From a virus (taxonomy: Duplodnaviria; Caudoviricetes), in IMG/VR virus record IMGVR_UViG_3300025154_000088, positions 1,352-65,351 of that record: DNA of 64,000 bases; one strand, given 5' to 3'. How positions within the stretch are numbered: position 1 is the stretch's first letter; the number at the start of each line of letters is the position of its first letter. Positions 56,889 through 64,000 of this stretch are shown one piece after another. A program made the position numbers and the translations under genes. The notes beneath the pieces were generated by a model that had not been told where the DNA came from, ran no database searches, and worked only from the letters and a program-made list of their open reading frames with translations.

Positions 56889-57393
56889 CATCCACCCTAC
56901 CGCAATCATCGACAATGGGGCCATCATCGGCCAGGGCTCAAAAATCTGGCATTTTTGCCACGTCATGAACGGAGCCGTCATCGGGGCCGGATGCACCATC
57001 GGGCAGGGGTGTTTTATTGCCCCTGCCGTTTTCATCGGGAACCGGGTGAAAATCCAAAACGGGGTTTCGGTTTTTACCGGGGTTCACATCGAAGACGATG
57101 CTTTCGTAGGTCCTTGCGTAACTTTCACCAACGTCCTGAACCCCAGAGCTTTCATGGACAAGAAACAGGAGTTCCGGCACACGGTCATCAAGAGGGGAGC
57201 CACGATCGGAGCGAACGCTACTCTGGTTTGTGGGGTCACGATTGGGAAATACGCCATGATCGGCGCCGGGGCTGTGGTGATCAGAGATGTTCCCGATTTC
57301 GCTTTGATGGTCGGAAACCCTGCCCGTCAAATTGGCTGGGTGGACAAGGAAGGACATTCCAGAAAGGACATGCCGAATGGACAAATGCTCTAA
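56881..57393 (+). CDS. wbpD: WbpD/WlbB-like hexapeptide N-acetyltransferase
   Basis: IHPTAIID...IWHFCHV...VKIQNGVSV...FTNVLNPRA...GATIGANAT...[10 protein letters not shown]. Confidence 0.88.
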   Translation: MPDIHPTAIIDNGAIIGQGSKIWHFCHVMNGAVIGAGCTIGQGCFIAPAVFIGNRVKIQNGVSVFTGVHIEDDAFVGPCVTFTNVLNPRAFMDKKQEFRHTVIKRGATIGANATLVCGVTIGKYAMIGAGAVVIRDVPDFALMVGNPARQIGWVDKEGHSRKDMPNGQML

Positions 57394-57544
57394 AAAGGAA
57401 ATGGAAAGGGGCTGGAAGACGGTTCCATCGGAGCCCTACGACCCGGAAGACGTTGAGCGGGCCAAACTGGAGAAGGAATACCCCTTCATGAAAAACGAAA
57501 CAGAGGGCGGCTTTGCCGGCCGGCCGAAAGGATGGGAGAGGTGA
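57377..57544 (+). CDS. Small hypothetical protein
   Basis: 55 aa ending [12 protein letters not shown]. Confidence 0.45.
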   Translation: MDKCSKKEMERGWKTVPSEPYDPEDVERAKLEKEYPFMKNETEGGFAGRPKGWER

Positions 57545-57852
57545 CGTTCGAACCAGAACATAAAACCGCTCAAATACAAATAGAGTGGTGGACGTGCCCA
57601 GACAAAAAGCACAGACACAGAACGCGAGAAACAGCATTGTGGTGTGCCCATAAACAAAGCAGAAAAGGCAAAAAGACCCAAGTCAGGTGGACGGATGACA
57701 ACTTGGATAAAATCTGTGATCAGCGAGCAGGCGGCATGACCTATGAAGAAATCGGCTCCTATTGGAACATAAGCCAGTCTCGGGTGCGGCAAATTTTAAC
57801 GGAAGAGAAAATCAGATATCGAAGAAGAAGAAACAAGGAGATGAAATGCTGA
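57532..57852 (+). CDS. Small HTH-containing protein
   Basis: GMTYEEIGSYWNISQSRVRQIL. Confidence 0.55.
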   Translation: MGEVTFEPEHKTAQIQIEWWTCPDKKHRHRTRETALWCAHKQSRKGKKTQVRWTDDNLDKICDQRAGGMTYEEIGSYWNISQSRVRQILTEEKIRYRRRRNKEMKC

Positions 57853-58367
57853 CACTGAACAAACGAAAGCCGTTCGGAACAGTCCACGGCGTAGGAGAGG
57901 CAAGGTTCGAGCAGGACGGGGTTCTATTCGATGCAGGAGAAAAGGGTATCGGAGGGCCGAAATACGAACAGCGTCTCGCAGAAATGAAGGCCCGGGAGAC
58001 CGCCGACGCATCGCAGGGATGTCCTGCCTGTAAAAACTGGATCAGCGGAGAAGCCTTCGAGTGCGCCGACTGCGGGACTTCCTGGAAGCTCGTTGCCGGG
58101 TTTCCCCAATCAAGGTGGGTGGCCACCCCGAAGCAGGCCCCTCCGGCTCCGGTAGAGCCGATTCCTGTACAGCCGGCCCCTGCTTTCGAATTCCCGGAGC
58201 CAACGGAGGTCATCCGCCTTCCCGACGCGGAAAACTTCGACGACCTTTCCCCGAAGGAGATTGAAAACGCCCTGAAACATTTCGCGGTCGAATTCAACCC
58301 CCGGGCTCACATCGGGACGAAACGGCAGATGCTTCGTGAAAAGATGGCCGAGGAGGGCATGCTGTGA
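57846..58367 (+). CDS. Hypothetical protein (late operon)
   Basis: RBS AGGAG; PFGTVHG...FEQDG..FD; CPAC/CADC motifs; Pro-rich linker. Confidence 0.55.
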   Translation: MLTLNKRKPFGTVHGVGEARFEQDGVLFDAGEKGIGGPKYEQRLAEMKARETADASQGCPACKNWISGEAFECADCGTSWKLVAGFPQSRWVATPKQAPPAPVEPIPVQPAPAFEFPEPTEVIRLPDAENFDDLSPKEIENALKHFAVEFNPRAHIGTKRQMLREKMAEEGML

Positions 58368-59905
58368 CGTGGAGTCTGGAAAATTCCCAGGGAAACGAAT
58401 CCCTGAAGATCCGATGGGAGATCGTCCCCTACACGAGGGGAAAGGTTCTCGATCTGGGGTGCGGGCCATTCAAGGGGTATCCCCATTTTATCGGAGTCGA
58501 TTCCTGTAAGGATTCTGGCCTGTTTGGGGGAAGGGTCAAACCGGACGTGGTCTGTGATTGCGAAAACCTTTCAATTTTCGCTTCGCAGTCCATCGACGCT
58601 GTTTTTTCCTCTCATCTTCTGGAGCATATCGTCAAATGGGAGGATGCCCTAAAAGAATGGTGGAGGCTCGTAAAGCACGGCGGGGTCATGGTTCTTTACC
58701 TTCCCCACAAGGATTTTTATCCAAACGTCGGTAAAGTCGGATCAAATGTCGATCACGTTCACGACTTCACCCCTCAAGACATTATCGACTGGATGGAAGG
58801 ATGCCCTGGCGGGTGGGATCTTCTGGTCAACGAAGAGCGAAACGGAGAAGATGAATATTCGTTCCTACAGGTTTACAGAAAACGACAGGGCCACCAGAAA
58901 AACCATGCCTGGAAAGATCCAAAACCTTCGAAAAGGGCATGTGTCGTTCGGTACGGAGGGGTTGGGGACATGCTCATGGCATCGTCCATCCTCCCAGGAC
59001 TGAAAGACCAGGGGTATCACGTCACCTTCAACACGACTCCGAACGGGTACGAGATCTTGAAGGAGGATCCCCACGTTGACGAATGGATGATCCAGGACCG
59101 GGACCAGGTTCCGAACGGGGCACTTCCGGAATACTGGGGAGCCCTTTCAAGGAAGTTCGACAAATTCGTGAACCTTTCAGAATCAATCGAGGGGACCCTT
59201 CTCGCCATCCCTGGAAGACCGAATCACCGTTGGCCGGACAACCTCCGGAAAGTTCTTCTCGACGGGAACTACCTCGCCTTCACCCATGCCCTTGCGGGGG
59301 TTCCATTCGAACCGAGACAGAAGTTTTATCCGACCGCGAAGGAAAAGGAGTGGGCGGAGAAATACCGTAAAAAGCTCGGTGGACAGGTGGTCATGTGGGC
59401 GCTTTCCGGGTCTTCGGTTCACAAGGCCTGGCCCTATCTCGATGCGGCGATAGCCGGCCTGATGATTGAATATCCCCTTGTGAAGGTGGTCCTGGTCGGT
59501 GGGGAAACGGAAAAGCTCCTTGAATCAGGATGGGAGAACGAACCAAGGGTCATCCGGAAATCCGGGGAGTTTTCCATCCGTGAAACCCTGGCCCTCGCCG
59601 AGGTCTGCGATCTTGTTGTGGGACCGGAAACGGGAGTCTTGAATTCGGTCGGGTTTCTGGGTGTTCCGAAAATCGTTTTCCTTTCCCATTCGTCGGTCGA
59701 AAATCTCACCCGGGACTGGAAAAACTGCGTCTCTCTTGTCCCCGATGGGTGTGGATGCTGGCCTTGTCACCAGATGCATTACGGGTTTGAGCACTGCAAA
59801 AGGGACGAAGCTACAGGGGTTGCTGAATGCGCGGCGAAGATCCCAATTGAGGACTTCAGGGACGCCGTTTACCATCTTCTCGGGAAACCGACAGGGATCA
59901 GGTGA
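58364..59905 (+). CDS. Methyltransferase + GT9 (heptosyltransferase-like) glycosyltransferase fusion
   Basis: VLDLGCG, FSSHLLEH, EWWRLVK; then RYGGVGDML, HKAWP, DLVVGPETGVLN, CWPC. Confidence 0.85.
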   Translation: MTWSLENSQGNESLKIRWEIVPYTRGKVLDLGCGPFKGYPHFIGVDSCKDSGLFGGRVKPDVVCDCENLSIFASQSIDAVFSSHLLEHIVKWEDALKEWWRLVKHGGVMVLYLPHKDFYPNVGKVGSNVDHVHDFTPQDIIDWMEGCPGGWDLLVNEERNGEDEYSFLQVYRKRQGHQKNHAWKDPKPSKRACVVRYGGVGDMLMASSILPGLKDQGYHVTFNTTPNGYEILKEDPHVDEWMIQDRDQVPNGALPEYWGALSRKFDKFVNLSESIEGTLLAIPGRPNHRWPDNLRKVLLDGNYLAFTHALAGVPFEPRQKFYPTAKEKEWAEKYRKKLGGQVVMWALSGSSVHKAWPYLDAAIAGLMIEYPLVKVVLVGGETEKLLESGWENEPRVIRKSGEFSIRETLALAEVCDLVVGPETGVLNSVGFLGVPKIVFLSHSSVENLTRDWKNCVSLVPDGCGCWPCHQMHYGFEHCKRDEATGVAECAAKIPIEDFRDAVYHLLGKPTGIR

Positions 59906-59908
59906 TTC

Positions 59909-60622
59909 ATGACCACATCCGGATCTTATACAATCACGGTCACGGCGCAAAACCTCATTGAGGCGGCCATGCAGGCTTTAGGGCTTTTGGCCTCCGGGGA
60001 GTCGTCTACGACCGCCGAACAAACCGATGCAATCCGGGTCTTGAATTACTGGATCCTCCAGATGAAGGGAAGAAAAAACGGATTTTCGAAGGGCTTAAAA
60101 ATGTGGCAGCGCGAAACGGCGGAGCTCACCCTGACCGCAACAGCCACCTACCTTTTGAAGCCTTCAGGCGGGGCGCTTGCCATCCAGATCCCGGAAGAAA
60201 TCCTTTCGGCTTCCCTTCGAACCTCGGCGGATATCGATACCCCCATGTCTGAAATGACCCGGGAAGAATACGATGCCATTTCGAACAAAGCCGCAACCGG
60301 TGATCCGACAAGATACCTTTACGAACGGAAACTCACGGACGGGACTTTGATTCTCGATAGGGTTCCCTCGGATACGACAAAGACTATTTTTTTCACCTAC
60401 CGTCAACCGATCGAGATAGTCAGTGCGGCGGCAAACAACCTTGACTGGCCGGACTACTGGCACCGGGCTGCGGTCTACGCTCTATCCCGGGAGCTCGCTC
60501 CGATCTTCGGGGCAATGAAAAACTTTCAAGTCGTGAGCGGGTTCTATGCGGAGGCCATGGCCCTGGTTGATTCTTTCGAGCCTGAAACCCTTAACCTTTA
60601 TTTTGAGCCTGGTAGATCATGA
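59909..60622 (+). CDS. Head-tail adaptor / tail tubular-like protein
   Basis: MTTSGSY...LIEAA..ALG, DWPDYWHRAAVYALSRELAP; position before the gp10-like gene. Confidence 0.7.
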   Translation: MTTSGSYTITVTAQNLIEAAMQALGLLASGESSTTAEQTDAIRVLNYWILQMKGRKNGFSKGLKMWQRETAELTLTATATYLLKPSGGALAIQIPEEILSASLRTSADIDTPMSEMTREEYDAISNKAATGDPTRYLYERKLTDGTLILDRVPSDTTKTIFFTYRQPIEIVSAAANNLDWPDYWHRAAVYALSRELAPIFGAMKNFQVVSGFYAEAMALVDSFEPETLNLYFEPGRS

Positions 60623-62001
60623 AGCTTCCTTTTCTTGCCCCAGAGGGCGATAGCGGGAACTTCCCGATAAATCTCTTCCACCACCCCCAGGCTTTAAGCG
60701 GGAAGCCGGGATGGGTGGGAACTCCCGGGGCGAAGGATTTCTGTGACATCGGAGCTTCAGTTCCGATCAGGGGCATGAGGGTTGTGGGTTCTGTTCTGTA
60801 TGCCGTCGCCGGAAACAAATTCTATTCCATCGACGCGAACGGGACCGAAACAGAGCAGGGAACCCTCAACACCTCGACCGGATACTGCTGGATCGTCGAT
60901 TGCGCGACCCAAATCATGATCATTGACGGGACCGACGGGTATACCTACACCATAGCAACCGATACCTTTGCTGCCATCGCAGACGCGGATTTTCCGACGA
61001 CTCCGGGAAGCGCGGCATATCAGGACGGGTATGGAATCGTTACGGTCAACGCAGCGGCGACCTTCAACCTTTCGGCACTTCTCGATTTCACCGCTTGGGA
61101 TGCCCTCGATTACGCCGGAGTTGATGGGTACAGCGATCCCCTCTTAACGGTGGTTTCGAATCTGAGGGAGCTTTTTCTTTTCGGGACGCAATCCCTCGAG
61201 GTGTGGCAGAACACAGGAAACGCGGACTTCCCTTTCGAGAGAATCCCTGGCGGTGTCATCATGAAGGGGTGCGGTGCTGCGGCTTCGGCCTGCGAGCACA
61301 ACGATTCGGTTTTTTTTCTGGCCGATGACGCGACGGTCAACATGATTCCCGCGGGAACCTACAGCCCGAAGATCATCTCGCCACCTGCTTTGAACGACCT
61401 CATTTCAGCCTATGCGACGAAATCTGACGCTATCGGCTTCGGAATGACCTGGAAGGGGGACGACTTTTACGTTCTTTCCTTTCCGACCCAAAATATCACC
61501 TGGGTTTTCAATGTCTCGACGGGGCTCTGGCACCAGTGGGCATCCTACGCCAATAACGGCCGGCACAGGGCGAACTGCTACGCTTTTTTCAGCGGAAAGC
61601 ACCTCGTGGGGGATTACGCGAACGGGAAAATATTCGAGCTCGATTCAGCGACCTACACGGACAATACCTCGAATGAAATCACGAGACAGAGGATCTTCGG
61701 ACCAATCGATTCGGAAGATTTCCCGTGGGTCTTTCACGGATCGGTTGAAATCGAGCTCAAGCCAGGAGTCGGAAACGTCAATGACACGGATCCGGTTTTA
61801 ACCCTCTACTGGTCGGAAGACGACGGAAGGAGTTGGTCGACTGGGGTTGCGGTGGCCATAGGTCAATCTACGGAGACGACAAAAAGGGTCATCTGGAGAC
61901 GCCTTGGGAAGTCCAGAAAAAGGCTTTACAAGCTGGTAGGGACCGACAAGGTACAGCACATCTTTACCGGGTTTTACGCCAACATCGAAAAGGGCGACTG
62001 A
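60619..62001 (+). CDS. P22 gp10-like tail/DNA stabilization protein
   Basis: 460 aa beta-propeller-like; LFLFGTQSLEVWQNTG, YVLSFPT..TWVFN..TGLWH, WSEDDGRSWS, WRRLG. Confidence 0.82.
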   Translation: MKLPFLAPEGDSGNFPINLFHHPQALSGKPGWVGTPGAKDFCDIGASVPIRGMRVVGSVLYAVAGNKFYSIDANGTETEQGTLNTSTGYCWIVDCATQIMIIDGTDGYTYTIATDTFAAIADADFPTTPGSAAYQDGYGIVTVNAAATFNLSALLDFTAWDALDYAGVDGYSDPLLTVVSNLRELFLFGTQSLEVWQNTGNADFPFERIPGGVIMKGCGAAASACEHNDSVFFLADDATVNMIPAGTYSPKIISPPALNDLISAYATKSDAIGFGMTWKGDDFYVLSFPTQNITWVFNVSTGLWHQWASYANNGRHRANCYAFFSGKHLVGDYANGKIFELDSATYTDNTSNEITRQRIFGPIDSEDFPWVFHGSVEIELKPGVGNVNDTDPVLTLYWSEDDGRSWSTGVAVAIGQSTETTKRVIWRRLGKSRKRLYKLVGTDKVQHIFTGFYANIEKGD

Positions 62002-63257
62002 TGGCGCTTCCTCCCATTTCAAATGCGCTCGCAAAGCAATACCCAAGGGCGCTTGTGCTTTGGCTCGATGAACAGAGGAGGGCTGCGGCCGATGCTTCGA
62101 ATCTCACCGGGACGATAACAACCTCGAACATGACGATCAACCTCGACACCGGGGTTATCACGATTCTTGATTCAAGCGGGCTTGTCATAGGAACGGTCGG
62201 AGGGATAACGGTTCAACGCTCAAATGAACCCGACTGGGAACTTGTTGATTCTACCGACGCACTGAGAATCGAGCTTATTCTTGAATCGTTTCATAGGATG
62301 GTTGCAGACGCACAAGCAGGTGCCGAACCCTTTCAGGACGGGTGGCGTGATGTTTTAACCGATGAGAGCAGTCTCGATTCAGCCTTGTCGAATCATCAAA
62401 GTTATAACGCTGGAGATTATTACGAACCGTCAGCATACCAGGACCTAAACCAAACCGGCGGAAGTTCGGCGCTCATAGGCCCTGCCAATAACAAGTCACT
62501 TGGACAGGCCATAACTTTTGCAGAAGCTGTATCGATTTCGTCCCTCTGGTTCAGGGTTAGGCGAGAGGGGACTCCTGGCAATGGAAGCGCGACCGTAGTT
62601 GCAAGGATTTACGCGGCATCCGGCACCATTGGAACGTCCGGAGTCCCTACGGGGGCTGTCCTCGCCACCTCTACAGGGGTGCAGGCCAATGACCTTCAAA
62701 CATCTCTTGCTTACCAGGAATTTACCTTAAGTTCTCCGGTTGCGCTATCTGCCGGCGATTATGTGGTTGTGGTGACAGACACCGACCAGACGAATTATGA
62801 CGGAAGCAATTACATAATCGCGGAATACAGCAACACCACGGTTCACGCTGGAAACTACTGCGCCCAGGCCGCTGATGATTCATGGGCGGCGAATTCCGGT
62901 TACGATCTTGTCTTTCGGGTGGAGCTTTCAAACAGCGCCAACATGACAGTGACCTTTCTCGCGTATGAAGCATCTGGGGAGCCTGCCGAATCCCAAGCGA
63001 TAATATGCATTTATGCCGTCGATTCGATAACCCTCAATACCGATTTGATCATTGAGGTATCCCTCGACGATGGGGCGAACTGGGAACAGGTCACAATGTC
63101 ACTTTACGGAAATTACGACAGCTCAGGGAAGCAAATCATTGATGGGGTGAAGGCCTTGACCGACAGAAACGATCAGACAACGCGGCTTAGGATCAGGACT
63201 GCAAACCATAAGAATGTCCAGATCCACATGGTTGCGAACCTGTTGAAACTACAATGA
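62001..63257 (+). CDS. Tail needle/fibre-like virion protein
   Basis: TGATG coupling; S/T/G/D-rich; VSLDDGANW motif. Confidence 0.55.
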   Translation: MALPPISNALAKQYPRALVLWLDEQRRAAADASNLTGTITTSNMTINLDTGVITILDSSGLVIGTVGGITVQRSNEPDWELVDSTDALRIELILESFHRMVADAQAGAEPFQDGWRDVLTDESSLDSALSNHQSYNAGDYYEPSAYQDLNQTGGSSALIGPANNKSLGQAITFAEAVSISSLWFRVRREGTPGNGSATVVARIYAASGTIGTSGVPTGAVLATSTGVQANDLQTSLAYQEFTLSSPVALSAGDYVVVVTDTDQTNYDGSNYIIAEYSNTTVHAGNYCAQAADDSWAANSGYDLVFRVELSNSANMTVTFLAYEASGEPAESQAIICIYAVDSITLNTDLIIEVSLDDGANWEQVTMSLYGNYDSSGKQIIDGVKALTDRNDQTTRLRIRTANHKNVQIHMVANLLKLQ

Positions 63258-63466
63258 GAGAATCAGTAAGACAAGACGATCTTATCGAAAAGATTCTACC
63301 TGAAAGGCAGTTCCGGAGTCTTCCGGGGTGGTCTACCTGGACTCCAGCAGAGGCCGCAAGCTGGATTGACTCCAATGTAACGGATCTTGCAAGCGCGAAG
63401 GTTGTCTTAAAAAATATGGCCAGGGCAATAGTTCTTTTAAGGAGTTTGATTCTCAAGACGAGGTGA
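63254..63466 (+). CDS. Hypothetical protein (possible fibre chaperone)
   Basis: 70 aa, ATGA coupling. Confidence 0.45.
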   Translation: MRESVRQDDLIEKILPERQFRSLPGWSTWTPAEAASWIDSNVTDLASAKVVLKNMARAIVLLRSLILKTR

Positions 63467-63470
63467 ACCC

Positions 63471-64000
63471 ATGGCAAACGCAATCGAAGAACTTGCCCGC
63501 AGAAGCGGGTTGACTCCGCAGCAGGCATATCAACAGCTTGCGGCCATGAATCCGAGAGACCTTCAGCAGGCCATGGGAAACGCCGGGATTTCTCAGGGCG
63601 CCCTTCTGGAGTTTGTCAACTCCGTAACCGGGGGGACCGCAACGATTCAGGATGTTGAAACCTACCTCAACTCCGGGCCTCAGGCGACCGTGCGACCAAC
63701 CAATACGACAAACGGCCAGTGGACAACCCATCAGGCACCGGCCCCGCGACCTGTTACGGTCGAATCCGTCATGGGCAACGCTCAACGTGGAGCAGAAGCC
63801 AGCAACACCGCAATGGTCGAGGCGGGGACCGCAAACACCCAGGGGACTACACAGGGGCAGGCGAACGCTCCGGAGAATTCAGCTCAGTGGTGGATGGGGC
63901 AAGGGGATAAACTTCGGGAATGGGGGATTGACCCGGCTGCCCTCCAATCCCTTCCTGCGGGAGCACGGTTTGACCTGAACGACCCTATCACCAGGAACAG
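63471..64000 (+). CDS. 5' part of a probable ejection protein (runs off the window)
   Basis: RBS GAGG; MANAIEELARRSGLTPQQAYQQLAAMNP...; open to the window end; Q/A/G/T-rich. Confidence 0.6.
   Translation, partial: MANAIEELARRSGLTPQQAYQQLAAMNPRDLQQAMGNAGISQGALLEFVNSVTGGTATIQDVETYLNSGPQATVRPTNTTNGQWTTHQAPAPRPVTVESVMGNAQRGAEASNTAMVEAGTANTQGTTQGQANAPENSAQWWMGQGDKLREWGIDPAALQSLPAGARFDLNDPITRN

Larger units (their letters stand above)
1..64000. mobile_element. Temperate podovirus-like phage genome, near-complete, excised/circular and circularly permuted
   Basis: Integrase plus unsplit attP, cI/cro, replication, terminase/portal/capsid, P22 gp10-like tail and ejection-like genes. No host housekeeping genes anywhere; virion genes at both window ends. 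Confidence 0.93.

Noticed and set aside
52632-59905. Classical gtrABC serotype-conversion cassette or a host LPS locus marking a prophage boundary
   Set aside because: No GtrA/GtrB or other membrane components; the genes are coupled within the virion operon, far from att, with phage structural genes on both sides. LPS modification is not fully excluded.

Overview
The window looks like almost the whole genome of one temperate, podovirus-like (P22-type short tail plus ejection proteins) tailed phage, in excised or circular form and circularly permuted. It starts and ends in probable DNA-ejection genes, and an intact attP (3' half of a tRNA-Lys(CTT)) sits beside a tyrosine integrase, with phage genes on both sides. 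Gene order: ejection proteins including a ~3000-aa polyvalent protein (DdrB-ParB, RadC/JAB, ADP-ribosyltransferase-like and HExxH domains); tailspike; lysis genes; attP/int; a leftward early operon (HNH, DUF5131, C5-MTase, SF2 helicase, SbcCD-like pair, two nucleases, Rha); a cI/cro switch with four clear 14-bp operators; a rightward replication operon (N6-MTase, dNTP diphosphohydrolase, initiator with iterons, DnaB, RusA-like); a sigma54-driven antisense island; an XRE-sigma4 fusion; terminase, portal and scaffold; a major capsid gene split by a group I intron carrying a GIY-YIG endonuclease; and then head-tail genes. The most striking feature lies between the capsid and head-tail adaptor genes: a glycan-building cluster with 3 glycosyltransferase domains, 3 SAM methyltransferase domains and WbpB- and WbpD-like nucleotide-sugar enzymes. 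It is a candidate virion glycosylation/methylation system. All family calls come from motif recognition by eye; no database search was run. A Gram-negative, possibly deltaproteobacterial, host is inference only.
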